DNA of 44,529 nucleotides, taken from the IMG/VR virus record IMGVR_UViG_3300022912_000003. One strand, given 5' to 3'. The position numbers and the translations under genes were made by a program. This DNA is from a virus. This document shows positions 42,435-44,529 of this stretch, in pieces. Under the pieces are notes generated by a model, which saw only the letters and a list, made by a program, of their open reading frames with translations, did not search any database and was not told the origin of the DNA. How positions within the stretch are numbered: the stretch's first letter is position 1; every line of letters begins with the position of its first letter.

Positions 42435-42587
42435 ATGTCACAGAAACCACAGAAAGAATATTTCTATAATATCTATACAGGTAAAATGATTTGCCGTGAG
42501 TATAATTCTGTAGGAAAGGCTATAGTTAGCGAAGTTACAGATAAAGACAAAGTATTAGAAATATTAATGGGATTTAATTCTAATTAG
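42435..42587 (+). CDS. hypothetical protein (50 aa, MSQ start)
   Basis: MSQKPQKEYFYNIYTGKMICREYNSV... The start context is shared with the following genes. Confidence 0.45.
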   Translation: MSQKPQKEYFYNIYTGKMICREYNSVGKAIVSEVTDKDKVLEILMGFNSN

Positions 42588-42596
42588 GAGTATATA

Positions 42597-42791
42597 ATGT
42601 CACAGGAACAAACTGTAAAAATCACAGGTAATGGAGATGTATTTTTCTTTGATTATAATTTCAAAACTGGTTATGAACATAGTGAGAACTATATAAAAAG
42701 GAATAAGGGTAAATTTATAATGAAGGTATATTATAAAAACCGTGGTGGCACAGGAAATCTATGGACTCACATAAAAACAATAGGAGTATAA
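42597..42791 (+). CDS. hypothetical protein (64 aa, MSQ start)
   Basis: TAGGAGTATATA-ATGTCACAGGA start context. Confidence 0.6.
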   Translation: MSQEQTVKITGNGDVFFFDYNFKTGYEHSENYIKRNKGKFIMKVYYKNRGGTGNLWTHIKTIGV

Positions 42792-42794
42792 ATT

Positions 42795-43031
42795 ATGTCA
42801 TTGGATAAAATAATACGAATAGACGAAGGTGGTGTGTGGGATGAAAACTTTTTTGATATACGGATGGATGTGGAATTAGGCAAGTGGCAAGGACACTGTC
42901 GTCACGTACAAAATGATAAACTAAAATATGTTGTTGTGGCTATAAATGAAGGTGGCTATAATAATACAGGTGTATGTGGTGAGTGTGTATCTGAGGCAAT
43001 TATAAAACTAAACAATAAGGATTATAAATGA
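42795..43031 (+). CDS. hypothetical protein (78 aa, MSL start)
   Basis: AATAGGAGTATAAATT-ATGTCA start context. Confidence 0.6.
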   Translation: MSLDKIIRIDEGGVWDENFFDIRMDVELGKWQGHCRHVQNDKLKYVVVAINEGGYNNTGVCGECVSEAIIKLNNKDYK

Positions 43032-43124
43032 AACTCAGTAAAAAGAAAATATTAGCTATATTGTGTGATGCTGAAAAGGTATTTAATGAGACATCCTTCA
43101 CTAAAAACAATAGGAGTATAAATT

Positions 43125-43595
43125 ATGTCACAGGATAAATTTATTAGACAGAGTGAACTCAGTCGTAAATATGATGAGGTGAGTATAAATGCTAAAAAAG
43201 AATTTATAAAAGAAATCGAAGGTGTAAAATTTAACTGTAATTTTGATTGTAACGGTTGTGCTAAAACAAAGGATTTAAAAGTGGGTGATCGTGTCAGTAT
43301 ATATAGCAAAGAAAAAGGTTGTTGTACAGATTGCTATAATGCGCTTGGCTATATTAGACACCAACCTACTGACGAAGAGTATAAAATATATACACGATTG
43401 TTTAAAAACAATAATCAGGATGGATTTTGGACACCAAACGGATGTTCATTGCCTCGTGAGTTACGAAGTGTAATTTGTCTATCATATAGTTGTTATGATT
43501 CACAGGTGAGTAGAGAGGATAGACTAAAACTATGTGATGCACGAGATAAATTTATGAGAGCAAAAAGCGGTCAATGGAGAAGGGATAGCAAATGA
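43125..43595 (+). CDS. Cys-rich putative metal-binding protein (156 aa, MSQ start)
   Basis: CNFDCNGC, GCCTDC, GCSLPRELRSVICLSYSC. Faint resemblance to the CxxCxxCC (YkgJ-like) family. Confidence 0.55.
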   Translation: MSQDKFIRQSELSRKYDEVSINAKKEFIKEIEGVKFNCNFDCNGCAKTKDLKVGDRVSIYSKEKGCCTDCYNALGYIRHQPTDEEYKIYTRLFKNNNQDGFWTPNGCSLPRELRSVICLSYSCYDSQVSREDRLKLCDARDKFMRAKSGQWRRDSK

Positions 43596-43780
43596 AAGTT
43601 GAATTTATAATATATGACCCTAAAACATATAAATGGGTTAAAGATTTTTTATACTTGTGTCATGCATACAGGTATTTAATGAGACATCCTTCACTAAAAA
43701 TGTGTAAGGTCAGTAATAAAAAAAATCACAGCTTATTAGTAAAAATACTAAAAGCAAGTTTCACAGGGGGTAGAAAATGA
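43592..43780 (+). CDS. hypothetical protein (62 aa)
   Basis: ATGA overlap with the upstream stop. Contains one copy of a 31-nt repeat. Confidence 0.5.
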   Translation: MKVEFIIYDPKTYKWVKDFLYLCHAYRYLMRHPSLKMCKVSNKKNHSLLVKILKASFTGGRK

Positions 43781-44022
43781 AAGTTAGATTATTTGTAGCA
43801 GTAGAGTATGTAAATAAACCAACTGCAAAAGAAAATGATACAAATATAATTGGTGATGTGGAGACAAGTTGTGAGGAAGCATATAATAGCCTGTGCTATA
43901 AAAAAGACTGTTGTGGTTTTATGAACCCAATTATAGACAATATCGTTATTTATGAATTGGGCAGGAAAACAACTTATCGTGTAAATCCTGCCCCACATTT
44001 TTTTGAGGTACGAAACAGATAA
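43777..44022 (+). CDS. hypothetical protein (81 aa)
   Basis: ATGA overlap with the upstream stop. Confidence 0.55.
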   Translation: MKVRLFVAVEYVNKPTAKENDTNIIGDVETSCEEAYNSLCYKKDCCGFMNPIIDNIVIYELGRKTTYRVNPAPHFFEVRNR

Positions 44023-44061
44023 CAATAAGAGGTGATAATGAGAAAAGTATAATAATATCAT

Positions 44062-44078
44062 GTGCCCCTTCGGGGCAC
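44062..44078 (+). promoter_or_regulatory. Short GC-rich hairpin gtgcccc-ttc-ggggcac in an AT-rich spacer
   Basis: 7-bp perfect stem. No U-tract downstream. Confidence 0.4.
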
Positions 44079-44107
44079 TCTCACATCACTATAAATTGGA
44101 GCATAGA

Positions 44108-44152
44108 ATGAAAGTTGATACAGTAAAAAAAGACCGGAGGAATAAAAAGTGA
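44108..44152 (+). CDS. 14-aa basic leader peptide ORF (putative) coupled to the next gene
   Basis: TGGAG RBS. MKVDTVKKDRRNKK. Its TGA overlaps the GTG start of 44149 (GTGA). Confidence 0.25.
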   Translation: MKVDTVKKDRRNKK

Positions 44153-44310
44153 GTTGTTGTGATGGGTGGGAATACTCCGATAAAGAGGTAAATGGAGTAT
44201 GTAAGGATTGTGGTATGCCAACAGTAGGCGGACACGCACAAGAAGGGTGTCATTATAGCCCCGTAGTGTGTGAAACCTGTGGATGGTCGCCTTGTGACCA
44301 AAGTTGTTAA
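44149..44310 (+). CDS. 53-aa Cys-rich (9 Cys) small protein, GTG start
   Basis: GGAGG 8 nt upstream of the GTG. (M)SCCDGWEYSDKEVNGVCKDCGMPTVGGHAQEGCHYSPVVCETCGWSPCDQSC. Absent from the track because it is under 60 aa. Confidence 0.55.
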   Translation: MSCCDGWEYSDKEVNGVCKDCGMPTVGGHAQEGCHYSPVVCETCGWSPCDQSC

Positions 44311-44311
44311 T

Positions 44312-44529
44312 ATGAAATTATTAGCAACGTATGGAACATTACGCAAGGGTCACTATAATAATTATTTATTGAGAAATAGTGAACTTCTTGGAGAGAATAT
44401 TCTACCTAATTTTACTATGTTCAGGCTTAGCGGAAACTATCCTGCAATAGTCCCAAGTATCAATCAATTAATAACTGTTGAAGTATATCGTATCACAGAG
44501 AAAGTCTACAAGAAGATAGAACAGTTAGA
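44312..44529 (+). CDS. gamma-glutamylcyclotransferase-like (AIG2/GGACT family) protein, N-terminal part; continues at 128-245 after circular closure
   Basis: MKLLATYGTLRKGHYNNYLL.. is the hallmark YGTL+.G N-terminus of GGCT-like enzymes. The ORF is open to the window end and in frame through the repeat. Confidence 0.8.
   Translation, partial: MKLLATYGTLRKGHYNNYLLRNSELLGENILPNFTMFRLSGNYPAIVPSINQLITVEVYRITEKVYKKIEQL
44403..44529. repeat. Terminal direct repeat copy 2, identical to 1-127
   Basis: See 1-127. Confidence 0.97.

Noticed and set aside
1-44529. Lysogeny module (integrase, repressor, attP) or toxin-antitoxin / known defence genes
   Set aside because: I found no tyrosine- or serine-recombinase motifs, no CI/Cro-like divergent pair, and no recognisable TA or defence domains in any frame. 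The phage appears virulent, as far as sequence inspection can tell.

Overview
The window is a complete, AT-rich tailed dsDNA phage genome, siphovirus-like because it has a 980-aa tape measure and a tail tube gene. It was assembled as a circle: bases 1-127 are identical to 44403-44529, so the unique length is 44,402 bp, and one gene (a GGCT/AIG2-like enzyme) spans the junction.

Architecture: two arms diverge from a repeat-rich ~570-bp control region (40557-41129).
- The + arm (41130 to the window end, wrapping to 1-16030) carries early, replication and accessory genes. These include many tiny membrane peptides, a nine-member family of ~70-90-aa paralogs, a Rad52-like annealase, an SSB-like protein, a DnaB-like helicase, a PD-(D/E)xK nuclease, a wHTH protein and two DNA methyltransferases.
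- The - arm (40556 down to 16031) starts with a tRNA-Thr(UGU)-like gene. It then runs terS, terL, portal, a DEDDy exonuclease, scaffold, major capsid, a 1304-aa LamG/fibre protein, a lysis pair, tail tube, chaperones, tape measure and distal tail proteins.
- The two arms converge with abutting stop codons at 16030/16031.
- I saw no integrase, repressor, DNA polymerase, primase, CRISPR array or reverse transcriptase.

Most interesting candidate system: a compact amidoligase (GCS2-like) / class-II glutamine amidotransferase / ATP-grasp cassette at 2358-5917. Both larger enzymes carry extra CxxC zinc-ribbon modules. Arrays of the expanded small-protein family flank it on both sides, and a gamma-glutamylcyclotransferase-like gene lies about 2 kb upstream across the circular junction. 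This looks like an uncharacterised amide/gamma-glutamyl-type modification system.

Other notable signals:
- an array of sigma-54-like TGGCAY-N5-TTGC motifs in the control region
- conserved nucleotide-level gene-junction elements in the 42.4-43.7 kb early region
- an AT-rich promoter-like element shared by two distant genes on opposite strands

All family calls come from motifs read by eye in the translations. No database search was run.
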